DNA of 33,297 nt from Phycisphaerae bacterium (GCA_016873375.1 VGXJ01000001.1:1-33297), one strand, 5' to 3'. Positions 8,858 through 17,713 are shown, counted from the stretch's first letter. A program made the numbers and translations. Notes: generated by a model not told the origin, from the sequence alone.

Positions 8858-9208
8858 TCAGGGACGCCGAGGGGTTTGGTCCCGCTCTGCCTCGTCCAGG
8901 GCCATCCTGCGAACCAAGAGGGTCATGTCCCGGCGGACCGCTCGGACGCGCATGTACATGCTGAGAAACCCCCACGAGGTGCCGAGGACCAGCACATACA
9001 GGACCAGATCGGCTCCACGCCCGATCCCGAGGAACCGTGCCAGCTGGGTGGTCCAATCGGGCTCGACCACGAACACTGCGCCAAGGCAGGCGCCCCCAAC
9101 CAGGAGCCCAGCAAGGATCTTCGGAAGCGCTCCCCGGCTTGCCATGACGAGGCCAAGCACCACGGTGGCGACAAGGGCAGCCAGCAGGACAACTTGGAAC
9201 ACGCTCAT
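8858..9208 (-). CDS. Small integral membrane protein, DUF2304-like
   Basis: 116 aa with three or more hydrophobic helices (VVLLAALVATVVLGLVMA, ILAGLLVGGACLGAVFVV, DLVLYVLVLGTSWGFLSMYM) and a basic tail. Its ATG overlaps the stop of the upstream GT2 (9205-9208). Size, topology and GT2 pairing match DUF2304 as I remember it. Confidence 0.6.
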   Translation of the reverse strand: MSVFQVVLLAALVATVVLGLVMASRGALPKILAGLLVGGACLGAVFVVEPDWTTQLARFLGIGRGADLVLYVLVLGTSWGFLSMYMRVRAVRRDMTLLVRRMALDEAERDQTPRRP

Positions 9209-9921
9209 CGAAACACTCTCCCTACGGCGTAGTGAAGCAGGATGCGGGCGCTCGCCGAGGCGCGCTGACCCTTGGCCATCGAATAGGCCGTGTACTCGAT
9301 GGTGGTCGGGAACTGCTTGACGCGCATGCCGGATCGGGCGATGAGGTCAATGAGTTCGCTCGCATGTGCCATGCGATCAGAGCGGAGCTCGCACCGACGT
9401 GCCGCCTCGTCGGTCAGCACGCGCAGTCCGTTGTGCACATCGTTGAGCCCGATGCCGCTGGTCACCCGGTGCATGAGTGCAGCCAGCCGGATGAGCGCTG
9501 CCCTCATGGGCGGAATGCGTGAGTTGCCGGCGAATCGATCGCCGAGCGCGATGTCACAGTCACCCTTGGCCACGGCAAGCGCCATGGCGACCAGATCATC
9601 CACGCGATGCTGGCCATCTGCGTCGAAGTGCGCGATCCTTCGCGCGCCCCGAGCGAGCGCGAAGTCGGTGCCGGTCTGCAGGGCGGCCCCCTGGCCTCGA
9701 TTGACTGCGTGGCGCAGGGCATGGGCAGCGGTCTTGCGGATGGCATCCCACGAAGCGTCGGAGGATCCATCGTCGACGGCCACCACATTCCTGAATCTGG
9801 ACCGCAGTGCATCAAGCACCTTGCCGACCGCAGCACACTCGTTGAAGACAGGAACGACCACCCAGGTCCCTTCAAGGAGTCCTTCGGCCGTGCTGTCGCT
9901 TGGTGCCGATTGGGGTAACAC
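9205..9921 (-). CDS. Family 2 glycosyltransferase, polyprenyl-phosphate sugar synthase-like (DPM1/GtrB-like), soluble form
   Basis: 238 aa with GTG start. GT-A motifs: VVVPVFNE, VVAVDDGSSD, AHFDADGQH (DxD), NGLRV. There are no C-terminal TM helices. Confidence 0.8.
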   Translation of the reverse strand: MLPQSAPSDSTAEGLLEGTWVVVPVFNECAAVGKVLDALRSRFRNVVAVDDGSSDASWDAIRKTAAHALRHAVNRGQGAALQTGTDFALARGARRIAHFDADGQHRVDDLVAMALAVAKGDCDIALGDRFAGNSRIPPMRAALIRLAALMHRVTSGIGLNDVHNGLRVLTDEAARRCELRSDRMAHASELIDLIARSGMRVKQFPTTIEYTAYSMAKGQRASASARILLHYAVGRVFR

Positions 9922-9974
9922 TCTCGGAAACTACCATCGGCAGGATCGATCGCAAGGAACAGTCCACCATCACC

Positions 9975-11744
9975 ATGACAGCACCGGCCACAGGTTCCAG
10001 GTCCATGATGTTGGCAGCTTCGGTCCTTTGGCTGATCGTCATCCTGGTGTGGCGCCCCACGGTGGCAGCACCGTTCGTGCACGATGATGTGGTGCACATC
10101 ATCGACCGTGAGAATCAGATCGATGCGCCATGGGCATCATGGGGCCAGCTCGCGATCGGTCAGCGTCCCCTGGTGCAGGTGACGCTCGGAGTCAATCATG
10201 CGCTCGGCGGCATCGATCCCCGCGGCTACCACGCACTCAACATCGGCCTGCACGGACTTGCATCGGCCCTCTGCCTGATCGTGCTCTGTCGCGCTGCTGC
10301 ATTGCTGATCGAGCGAGGTGCGATCGCCATGCATCCATCGCTCGCCTTCGCGGTGTGCTGCGGGGCAGCCACGCTGTGGGCGCTCCACCCCGTGCAGACG
10401 GCCAGCGTGAGCTATGTCATCCAGCGTGCGGAAGTCCTCGTGGGGCTCTGCACCTTCGTTGCCATCCTCGGACTGATGCGGTTCGCGCTGCCCGGGTCCT
10501 CGATCGCCTGGGGCGTAATCGCTCCCGTAGGGTGCGCTCTGGCCCTTCTCTCCAAGCCATCTGCGGTGTCGGTGCCGTGCATCGTGCTTGCCGTCGATGC
10601 AGCCATCTGCTCAGGGTCGATCGTCGCGGCATGGCGCAATCGCTGGCCCATGCACCTCGCCTGCTTCCTTCCGCTGCTGCTGCTGATTCCCCTGGGCGTC
10701 ATCGGTCCGCTGCTTTCGGGCGATGGCATGCCCCGCGCAGCGGGACTCGGGCTCCCCGGCATCGGGCCCCTCGCCTATGCCTGGGCTGAAGTGGGTGCCA
10801 TCGGGATCTATGCAGCGGAGGTGGTGGCGCCGACACTGCTCAGCATCGATCACGGCTGGACCATCATCGAGGGCGCAGCATGGCCGAGGCCGCTGGGAAT
10901 CGTCGCCATCGTTGCCGCGTTCGGGACCATCGTCGTCGGTCTGCGGCGCAATGCGTGGTGGTGGATCGTGCCGGCCCTGTCCGTGCTCGCGCTGCTTCCC
11001 TCATCAAGCGTCATGCCGCTGCGGGATCCCGTGGCGGACCACCGGCTCTACCTCGCACTGCTTGGGCCAGTCATCGCCTTCGTGACGGTCGTCGCATGGT
11101 GGGGATGGACCCGTCCCGGCATGGCGAGGATCGCTGCCGTTGGCGTCATCGCCCTGTCGATCGTGGGGGCGGCGATCTCGACGATCCGTCGAAATGATGA
11201 CTGGTGCCATCCGGCCCGGCTGTGGGACGGTGTGCTGGCGCTTCGGCCGGATGACTCCGGCGCGCTCATGAATCGTTCGCTCTGTGCGCTGGCTGCCGGC
11301 GATGACGCTGCTGCGCGGGCCGACGCGTTGGCCGCCCTTTCGATCCGTCCGGCAGACGGGCCAGCCATGGCCATGATCGGCCTGCTCGATGTTCGTGCGG
11401 GTCGTCACGAGGAGGCGCTTGTCTCGCTCATCCGGGCTGAAGAGCTCGGCATCCGCACTGCCAGCGTGCGTGGTGCCAAGGGCGATGCCTACCGCGCGCT
11501 CGGTCGGTACGAGGAAGCCGCGGATGCCTATGCGCGTGCATCACGGCGCTCGCCTTCGTCCGACCAGTTGATGCTGCTGCACGGGCTGACGCTGGCCGAG
11601 TGCGGTCGCGATGCCGAGGCGATGGATGTGCTGGTCGCGCTTGCAGCTCGATCCGATGACGAGCGAATCACGGGACGGGCACGGGAAGCGATCGAGCAGT
11701 GCACGAAGCGACGCAATTCGTCCATCGACGGAGTCCGGCCATGA
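9975..11744 (+). CDS. Polytopic membrane glycosyltransferase-like protein (PMT_2/TMTC-like GT-C) with C-terminal TPR repeats
   Basis: ATG 9975 is preferred over the TTG at 9900, which would overlap the divergent GT2 gene. N-terminal pattern FVHDDVVHIIDRENQI ... RPLVQVTLGVNHALGGIDPRGYHALNIGLHGLASAL is followed by many hydrophobic helices. The C-terminal ~170 aa are TPR-like (SLCALAAGDDAAARADALAALSIRPADGPA, GDAYRALGRYEEAADAYARASRRSP). Confidence 0.65.
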   Translation: MTAPATGSRSMMLAASVLWLIVILVWRPTVAAPFVHDDVVHIIDRENQIDAPWASWGQLAIGQRPLVQVTLGVNHALGGIDPRGYHALNIGLHGLASALCLIVLCRAAALLIERGAIAMHPSLAFAVCCGAATLWALHPVQTASVSYVIQRAEVLVGLCTFVAILGLMRFALPGSSIAWGVIAPVGCALALLSKPSAVSVPCIVLAVDAAICSGSIVAAWRNRWPMHLACFLPLLLLIPLGVIGPLLSGDGMPRAAGLGLPGIGPLAYAWAEVGAIGIYAAEVVAPTLLSIDHGWTIIEGAAWPRPLGIVAIVAAFGTIVVGLRRNAWWWIVPALSVLALLPSSSVMPLRDPVADHRLYLALLGPVIAFVTVVAWWGWTRPGMARIAAVGVIALSIVGAAISTIRRNDDWCHPARLWDGVLALRPDDSGALMNRSLCALAAGDDAAARADALAALSIRPADGPAMAMIGLLDVRAGRHEEALVSLIRAEELGIRTASVRGAKGDAYRALGRYEEAADAYARASRRSPSSDQLMLLHGLTLAECGRDAEAMDVLVALAARSDDERITGRAREAIEQCTKRRNSSIDGVRP

Positions 11745-12745
11745 TGGCTCCGTCAACAATCCGGGATGTGACGATGGTGATCCCCGCACGCGATGCCATG
11801 CGGACGATCGGCATGTGCCTCGATGCAGCACTGGTCGTCCGCGACCGGCCCGGATCGCGGCTGGACCGGATCGTGCTCGTCGATGACGGCTCTCGCGACG
11901 GCACCGCACAAGCAGCCACGAGCCGGGGGATTGAAGTCGCGTCGGGTCAGGGCGGGGGGCCTGCCGCGGCCCGCAACCTCGGTTGGCGCGTCGCGAGCAC
12001 GGACCTCGTCTGGTTCGTCGATGCGGATTGTGTCGCCGCGCCCGATGCGCTGGAGCGATTGCTGCCTGCGTTCGATGATGGTGCAGTCGCCGGCGTCGGT
12101 GGGACCTATGGGATTGCTCCGGACGCCACGCTGCTGGAGCGTCTGATCCACGAGGAGATCATGGTGCGGCATGCGCGCATGCCGGCAGAGGTGGATTTCC
12201 TCGCGACCTTCGATGTGGTGTACCGGCGCACCGTGCTGGAAGGGCTGAAGGGATTCGATGAGCGCTATCTGAAGGCGCAGGATGCCGAGTTTGCCTTCCG
12301 TGTCATCGAGGCTGGCCACCGGCTTCGCTTCGTGCGATCGTCCGTCGTGCAGCATTTCCATGCCGATCGCCTCTCGCGCTACCTGAAGGTGCAATGTGCC
12401 CAGGGGCGCTGGCGGGTCGCGCTTCACCTTGAGCACCGAGGCCGTGGCCGGCGCAATTCCTACAGTTCCGCGCTGGACCATCTGCAGCCATTCGTGCCCA
12501 TGGCCATGGTCCCTGCGCTGGCGGCTCCGTGGCTTGGGACGCCGTGGTGGGTGGCCGTACTGCCGGTGGTCGTGCTGTTCCTGCTGCAGCTTCCGATGGC
12601 TGCGGCGATGTGCAGTCTCGCGGGCCCATCGATGATCGCCTTCGTGCCGCTTGGCGTGGTCCGGACCTTCGCCCGTTGTCTTGGGCTCTGTCTGGGCGTC
12701 TGCGATCGGCTGCTTGGGCGCAGCATGCCGGGACGTGCATCATGA
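11741..12745 (+). CDS. Family 2 glycosyltransferase with C-terminal TM helices
   Basis: ATG 11741 overlaps the previous stop (ATGA). Motifs: VTMVIPARDA, IVLVDDGSRDGT, GPAAARNLG, VWFVDADC (DxD). C-terminal hydrophobic segments: WWVAVLPVVVLFLLQLPMAAAM and MIAFVPLGVV. Confidence 0.85.
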   Translation: MMAPSTIRDVTMVIPARDAMRTIGMCLDAALVVRDRPGSRLDRIVLVDDGSRDGTAQAATSRGIEVASGQGGGPAAARNLGWRVASTDLVWFVDADCVAAPDALERLLPAFDDGAVAGVGGTYGIAPDATLLERLIHEEIMVRHARMPAEVDFLATFDVVYRRTVLEGLKGFDERYLKAQDAEFAFRVIEAGHRLRFVRSSVVQHFHADRLSRYLKVQCAQGRWRVALHLEHRGRGRRNSYSSALDHLQPFVPMAMVPALAAPWLGTPWWVAVLPVVVLFLLQLPMAAAMCSLAGPSMIAFVPLGVVRTFARCLGLCLGVCDRLLGRSMPGRAS

Positions 12746-15264
12746 GCGTGCTGCCGATGCTGTGCTGGCTCGCCTTGGTCGCCCCGGGCGTTGCCGTCGT
12801 TCGGCGATGTGCACCGGCCGCTCTGGGAGGCGGCGCTGCCGCTGCGCTTGGCGTGGGATGGTTGGCAGCCTTTGCTGTGCTCGCGCCGTGCCTGGTGCTG
12901 GCCTATCTCCTGCACGCACCGACACCCCTGGTGGCGATCCTCGTGACGCTCGTGGTGGTCTGGGGTGTGTTCGACGCGCTGCGACATGCGTCGTGGAAGG
13001 GCGTGGTCCGCAGCGTGCCGCCGGTGATGCTGCTGGCTGCAGCCGTCGTGGTGCTTGACGCGGTCCTCGCCGAGCGAGTCGGTGCCATCCTCGACAACGA
13101 CGCTCGCGTCCATGTGGCCAGGATCCGCTTCATCCTCGATCACGGATTCTCCAACAGCGATCCATTCGTCCGCGCGACCGGTGAGTTCCCCTATCCGCTC
13201 TATCACACGAACCTGCTCCATGCACTGCATGCATGCATCGCATGGATCACCGGGCTGGATCCCCTGGAGGTGTGGTTCGGTTCGCTCGGAGCGTCACGGC
13301 TGATGATTGCAGGCGCTGCTGCCTGGACGGCGTGGTCCCTCGTCGGTGGCAGGTGGGCTCCATGGGTGGCGGCGGTCCTTGCCGTGCTGTCACGATCCGT
13401 GGTGGACTTCACCCTCTATCCAAACCAGCTGGCACCCTGGTTTGCCGTCTTGATGACCGTGGGTGTGGTCGCCATGGTGCTGGCGTGGGATCTCCCCGCA
13501 CGCCGTGCGATCGTCGTCTGCATGCTGGCCAACCTGGTGGTGGCCATGATGCACCCGCTCTATGCCGGCTTCGTGCTCGTGATGCTCGTGCCTGTGCTCG
13601 GTGCAGTGGCCGCCGTGCGCTCGCTGCGCTGTGTCGGCAAGCGCTCGACGCCCGTTGCCTGCGCGGTCGGCCTCGTCCTTGCCGCAGCACCCATGCTCGT
13701 TGCGGTGAAGGCGATGACCGCGGGCCCCGGGCGCGCCGCGGATGTCGCCTCACCCTCGGCTTGGGAGTGGAACCACTGGAAGACGCAGGCAACGGCCTCT
13801 CCCGCACCTTCAGCCGGGGCGGGGACCCCCGATGCACTCGGTCGGGCCCGTCGCACGGCGATCCACCGCCAGGATGGATTCACGCTGACTCGGCAGGACG
13901 ACCATCTCTTCATCGCGCGCAATTGGGGACGCGGCTTCACAGGCGGCTGGGGCGGCGTGGTCGGCTGGCGCCTCTGGACGGCGATGGCGGCCACGCTCCT
14001 CGCCCTTGCCGTGCTCGGAAGACCCCAGACGCTCGTTGCTTTCGGCGCGATCGTGGTGGTGCTCACCGTGATGACGGTGCCGATCCTCTGCACCACGGCC
14101 ATTGGCTTCCTTGGTGCGCAGTGGATGATCCTCCGATTCGAGGCACTGGCCGCGATCGTGTGGGGCGCGCTGGCCCTTCCGGGGATGGCGGCAGTGTGCG
14201 AACGCTGCATCGGGTCACGACGGTTCGTGGCGGTGCCTGTCGGGCTCGGCGTGACAGCCTTGTCGATCTGGGTCGGCGCCGCGAATGCAGGGCAGGACAC
14301 GTGGGATCGCGTGGGCCGTTGGTGGGACCGTGCCATGGCCTCGGAGGGTGCGCGACAGGGCGCAGCCTTCGATGGCCTGATGGCGAACCAAGCGTGGATG
14401 GAGGGCTGCATGCCCAAGGACGCCGTGGTGGCCTGTGGGCGCCTGACCGGCACATGGGCCGCGATGCTCCGGGGGCCCCGTTTGGTGTGCAGCGAGCGCA
14501 GCTCGACGGGTGTTCCCTCGGCAACGACACGCGTGCTTCATGTGACCGAGATGCTCGATGATCGAACGGATGAGGAACGCCGTGCCGAACTCTTCCGGCA
14601 CTATGGTGTCACGCATGCGCTCCTTGGCGGCAGTGCGCCCGGCTGGATCGACTACTGGGCGGATGACATCAAATCGGGTCAAGGGCATCGGCTGATCCGG
14701 CTTCGTTCCCAGCCTCATCCAATGAAACTGTGGGAACGGAAGGTTGCCGACGCGTCGCGTCTGGTGCTGAAGGGCTGCGCCGATCTGGCCGAGGTCGAAC
14801 TGCTGGATCTGGTCGATGAGCGTCCGCAGGCGTGGCGCGGCTGGTTTGTGCTGGGCAACGCCAAGTGGGAGCTGGGCCAGATCGAGGCGGCGGAGTCGTG
14901 CTACGAGATGGCCCGTCGCCAGGATCCCACGGAACCGATGCCGGACTTGATGCTCGGCAATTGTGCGGAGCGGCTGGGCCGGCCGGACGAGGCCAGCATG
15001 TACTTCGAGTCTGCCGAAGCCCGTGCACTCAAGAGGTCTGATCGAACGACGGCAGCATCGGCGAACTTCAACCGGGCGAATGGCCTGCGGCGGCAGGGTC
15101 GACTCGTCGAGGCCGAGTCGGCGTATCGTCAGGCCGTGGTCCTCGATCCATCGCATCCTGGTGCGAGGCGTGAGCTGGAGCAGGCATCGCTCTGGATGGC
15201 GCCCGTTCCGCTCATGGATGACGCTGGCGCCGACGCTCTCGATGGGGGCGAGGTCAAGCCGTGA
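12742..15264 (+). CDS. 841-aa polytopic membrane protein with C-terminal soluble and TPR region; function unknown (possibly GT-C-like or glycan-handling)
   Basis: ATG 12742 overlaps the previous stop (ATGA); the ORF-track start at 12529 lies inside the upstream gene. Roughly 12 or more hydrophobic helices over ~560 aa, with an early loop ILDNDARVHVARIRFILDHGFSNSDPF. C-terminal TPR-like repeats: WFVLGNAKWELGQIEAAESCYEMARRQDP, GNCAERLGRPDEASMYFESA, NGLRRQGRLVEAESAYRQAVVLDPSHP. No family recognised. Confidence 0.55.
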   Translation: MSVLPMLCWLALVAPGVAVVRRCAPAALGGGAAAALGVGWLAAFAVLAPCLVLAYLLHAPTPLVAILVTLVVVWGVFDALRHASWKGVVRSVPPVMLLAAAVVVLDAVLAERVGAILDNDARVHVARIRFILDHGFSNSDPFVRATGEFPYPLYHTNLLHALHACIAWITGLDPLEVWFGSLGASRLMIAGAAAWTAWSLVGGRWAPWVAAVLAVLSRSVVDFTLYPNQLAPWFAVLMTVGVVAMVLAWDLPARRAIVVCMLANLVVAMMHPLYAGFVLVMLVPVLGAVAAVRSLRCVGKRSTPVACAVGLVLAAAPMLVAVKAMTAGPGRAADVASPSAWEWNHWKTQATASPAPSAGAGTPDALGRARRTAIHRQDGFTLTRQDDHLFIARNWGRGFTGGWGGVVGWRLWTAMAATLLALAVLGRPQTLVAFGAIVVVLTVMTVPILCTTAIGFLGAQWMILRFEALAAIVWGALALPGMAAVCERCIGSRRFVAVPVGLGVTALSIWVGAANAGQDTWDRVGRWWDRAMASEGARQGAAFDGLMANQAWMEGCMPKDAVVACGRLTGTWAAMLRGPRLVCSERSSTGVPSATTRVLHVTEMLDDRTDEERRAELFRHYGVTHALLGGSAPGWIDYWADDIKSGQGHRLIRLRSQPHPMKLWERKVADASRLVLKGCADLAEVELLDLVDERPQAWRGWFVLGNAKWELGQIEAAESCYEMARRQDPTEPMPDLMLGNCAERLGRPDEASMYFESAEARALKRSDRTTAASANFNRANGLRRQGRLVEAESAYRQAVVLDPSHPGARRELEQASLWMAPVPLMDDAGADALDGGEVKP

Positions 15265-16220
15265 CCGCGACCGATCTTGATGTCTCCATCGTGATCGTGA
15301 GTTACAACACGGTCGGGCTCCTTCGCAACTGCCTTCAATCGATCGAGGCCTCCGTTGCACCGTTCTCGCACGAGACCATCGTGGTGGACAATCAGTCTCG
15401 GGACGGCAGCGCTGACATGGTCGAGCGCGAGTTTCCGTCGGTCCGCCTGATCCGCGCCGAACGCAATCTCGGATTCGCGGGCGGGAACAATGCCGCGTTC
15501 CGTGGAGCGCGCGGCCGGCTCGTCTACTGCCTGAATCCCGACACGGTCAGCCATCCGGGATCGCTGGCCACCCTCATCAGGGTCATGGACGCGGATCCAT
15601 CGATCGGATACCTGGGGCCGAAGCTCCTGAATCACGATGGCAGCCACCAGTGGAGCGCGTACCGATTCCACACCGTGCTGTCGAGTTTCGTGAGCTGGTC
15701 GATGCTTGGGCTCGATCGCCGATTCCCGCAGTCACGCCACTGCCAGACGCTGCACTACCAGCACGGGCACGACACTGCCTTCGACGCGGATTGGCTGACG
15801 GGTGCGGCCATTCTCACACGCCGCATCGTCATTGATCAGGTGGGCGGCTACGACGAAAGCTACTTCCTCTATGCCGAGGAGATCGAGTGGTGCTGGCGCA
15901 TGCATCGGGCAGGTTGGCGCGGTCGTTACGAGCCGAGCGCGGTGGTCACGCACATCCGTGCTGCAAGCACGTCGCATCTTGACGACTCGCACGCCTTCCA
16001 CGGCCACGATCCATCGCTCCTGATCGAGAGCCATCGGCGACTGGCGCGCCAGACGCTCGGGCCGTTGGGTGCGCTGGCCACGCACGCGCTCCACCTGTCA
16101 GGCGTCACGCTTGCATGGATGCGCAACCTTCCGCCGATGCCCCGTCGCAATCCAGCGACGCGTCGCAAGGCATGGCTGTGGATGCGCTATCTCGCCCGTC
16201 GATCGCCAAGCCGACGCTGA
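15261..16220 (+). CDS. Family 2 glycosyltransferase (resembles the rhamnosyltransferase-type GT2 subgroup)
   Basis: GTG 15261 overlaps the previous stop (GTGA). Motifs: VSIVIVSYNTVGLLRNCLQSI, IVVDNQSRDGS, NLGFAGGNNAA, CLNPDT, YAEEIEWCWR. Confidence 0.85.
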   Translation: MTATDLDVSIVIVSYNTVGLLRNCLQSIEASVAPFSHETIVVDNQSRDGSADMVEREFPSVRLIRAERNLGFAGGNNAAFRGARGRLVYCLNPDTVSHPGSLATLIRVMDADPSIGYLGPKLLNHDGSHQWSAYRFHTVLSSFVSWSMLGLDRRFPQSRHCQTLHYQHGHDTAFDADWLTGAAILTRRIVIDQVGGYDESYFLYAEEIEWCWRMHRAGWRGRYEPSAVVTHIRAASTSHLDDSHAFHGHDPSLLIESHRRLARQTLGPLGALATHALHLSGVTLAWMRNLPPMPRRNPATRRKAWLWMRYLARRSPSRR

Positions 16221-16226
16221 GCACGC

Positions 16227-16871
16227 ATGCCGATCTCACACCACCATCGATGCCTGTTCGTGCATGTGCCCAAGTGCGGCGGCACGAGCATCGAAGCCGC
16301 ACTGGGGATGCACGGCGACTGGCGGCACGAGGATCGCCATCGCATGTTCGGGCGCATCACCTCCTCGGACCTGATCGCGCGGCGGTTCCGATCGAGGTAC
16401 CTCCAGCATCTCACCTGGGACGAGGCGCTCCGAGCCGTGCCCGAGCAGGACCGATCCGGCTACCGATCCTTCGCTTTCGTCCGCCATCCGCTCACGCGGT
16501 TGGAGTCCGCCTGGTCGAGGCCCGACCGTGACTTGATCGAGGAAGCACGCTGGCAGGGCATCCGGCTGGAGGGGGTCGGCTTCCCGCGGTTTGTCGAGGG
16601 AGCGCTCCGGCTCGATCATCCTCATGTCCGGCCGCAGGTGGAGTACGTCACGGATGCCGCCGGTCGCATCGCCGTCGATCGGCTGTTCCGCTACGAGCGG
16701 TTCGCCGAAGATGCCCGCGACCTCTTCGCCTGGCTCGGTGCGCAGTGCGTGCTGGAGCATCGGAATCCGCGCCTGCGGGACAGGGAGGGAATCGTCTGGC
16801 CCGAGGACCTCCGTCGTCGTGCGATCGACCGCTACCACCGGGACTTCACGGTGCTGGGCTACGAGCCATGA
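16227..16871 (+). CDS. Carbohydrate sulfotransferase (Sulfotransfer_2-like)
   Basis: 214 aa. 5'-phosphosulfate-binding loop FVHVPKCGGTSIEAAL. 3'-phosphate-binding motif FAFVRHPLTRLESAW. Length and motif spacing are typical of PAPS-dependent family-2 sulfotransferases. Confidence 0.75.
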   Translation: MPISHHHRCLFVHVPKCGGTSIEAALGMHGDWRHEDRHRMFGRITSSDLIARRFRSRYLQHLTWDEALRAVPEQDRSGYRSFAFVRHPLTRLESAWSRPDRDLIEEARWQGIRLEGVGFPRFVEGALRLDHPHVRPQVEYVTDAAGRIAVDRLFRYERFAEDARDLFAWLGAQCVLEHRNPRLRDREGIVWPEDLRRRAIDRYHRDFTVLGYEP

Positions 16872-17713
16872 AACTCGTGATGACCCTTCTGGTCCGGGAC
16901 GAGGAGGACATCCTCGAGGCGAATCTCGCCTTCCATCGCTCCCGGGGGGTCGATCACTTCATCGTCACCGACAACCTCTCGGAGGATGCGACTCCCGCGA
17001 TCCTGCGCCGCTGGAGCGAGCGAGGGCTTGTGACGGTCATCGAGGAGCGAGAGGACAACTATGCGCAGCATGCCTGGGTCACGCGCATGGCGCGCATGGC
17101 GGCGAGGGACTACGGTGCGGACTGGGTGATCAACAACGACGCAGACGAGTTCTGGTGGCCGCAGTGCGGTGATCTCAAGTCAGCGCTCCAGGCGCTGCCG
17201 ATGACGGCGATGGCTGCCTCGGTCGAGCGAGCCAACTTTCCCGCCGTGGATGGCGATGGCCCGTTCTGGGATCGCCTGGTCTGGCGCGATGTCCGATCGG
17301 TCAATCCGCTTGGCGGAGCGCTGAAGCCCAAGGTTGCGCATCGGGCCGATCCGGAGATCGAGGTCGAGCAGGGCAACCACGCGGTCCGCCGGGGCGGTGC
17401 ACGGGTCGATGCCGAACCTGCAGCAATCGACATCCTTCACTTTCCCTGTCGCTCGTGGAGCCAGTTCGAGCGCAAGATCCGGCTCGGCGGAGCGGCCTAT
17501 GCGCGCAACCGCACCTTGTCGAAATGGATCGGCATGACCTGGCGTGAGATGCACCAGCGCCTCATCGAGGGTTCGCTTCGCCAGGAGTACGAGCGGCAGA
17601 ATCCGCCCGCCGCCGAGCGTGCGCAGCAGATCGCCTCGGGAAGGCTCGTTCAAGATGTCCGCCTCGCCGAGGCGATGCGCTCCATCGCGCAAGGGGGGCA
17701 GGAGCGCCCATGA
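16868..17713 (+). CDS. Glycosyltransferase family 2-like protein (Glyco_tranf_2_4-type)
   Basis: ATG 16868 overlaps the sulfotransferase stop (ATGA). N-terminus MKLVMTLLVRDEEDILEANLAFHRSRGVDHFIVTDNLSEDAT ... WVINNDADEFWWP follows the vkNEadiL..wl.hh...Gvd.fii.Dn.S.D pattern with a DxD-like DADE. Confidence 0.65.
   Translation: MKLVMTLLVRDEEDILEANLAFHRSRGVDHFIVTDNLSEDATPAILRRWSERGLVTVIEEREDNYAQHAWVTRMARMAARDYGADWVINNDADEFWWPQCGDLKSALQALPMTAMAASVERANFPAVDGDGPFWDRLVWRDVRSVNPLGGALKPKVAHRADPEIEVEQGNHAVRRGGARVDAEPAAIDILHFPCRSWSQFERKIRLGGAAYARNRTLSKWIGMTWREMHQRLIEGSLRQEYERQNPPAAERAQQIASGRLVQDVRLAEAMRSIAQGGQERP

Noticed and set aside
9922-9930. TCTCGGAAA in the GT2/TMTC-like divergent spacer, as a possible fourth copy of the TTTCYGGAA motif.
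   Set aside because: It has two mismatches in the T-rich half and no AT-rich flanks. This could be chance, so I kept it out of the motif set. It would be worth re-scoring once a genome-wide matrix exists.
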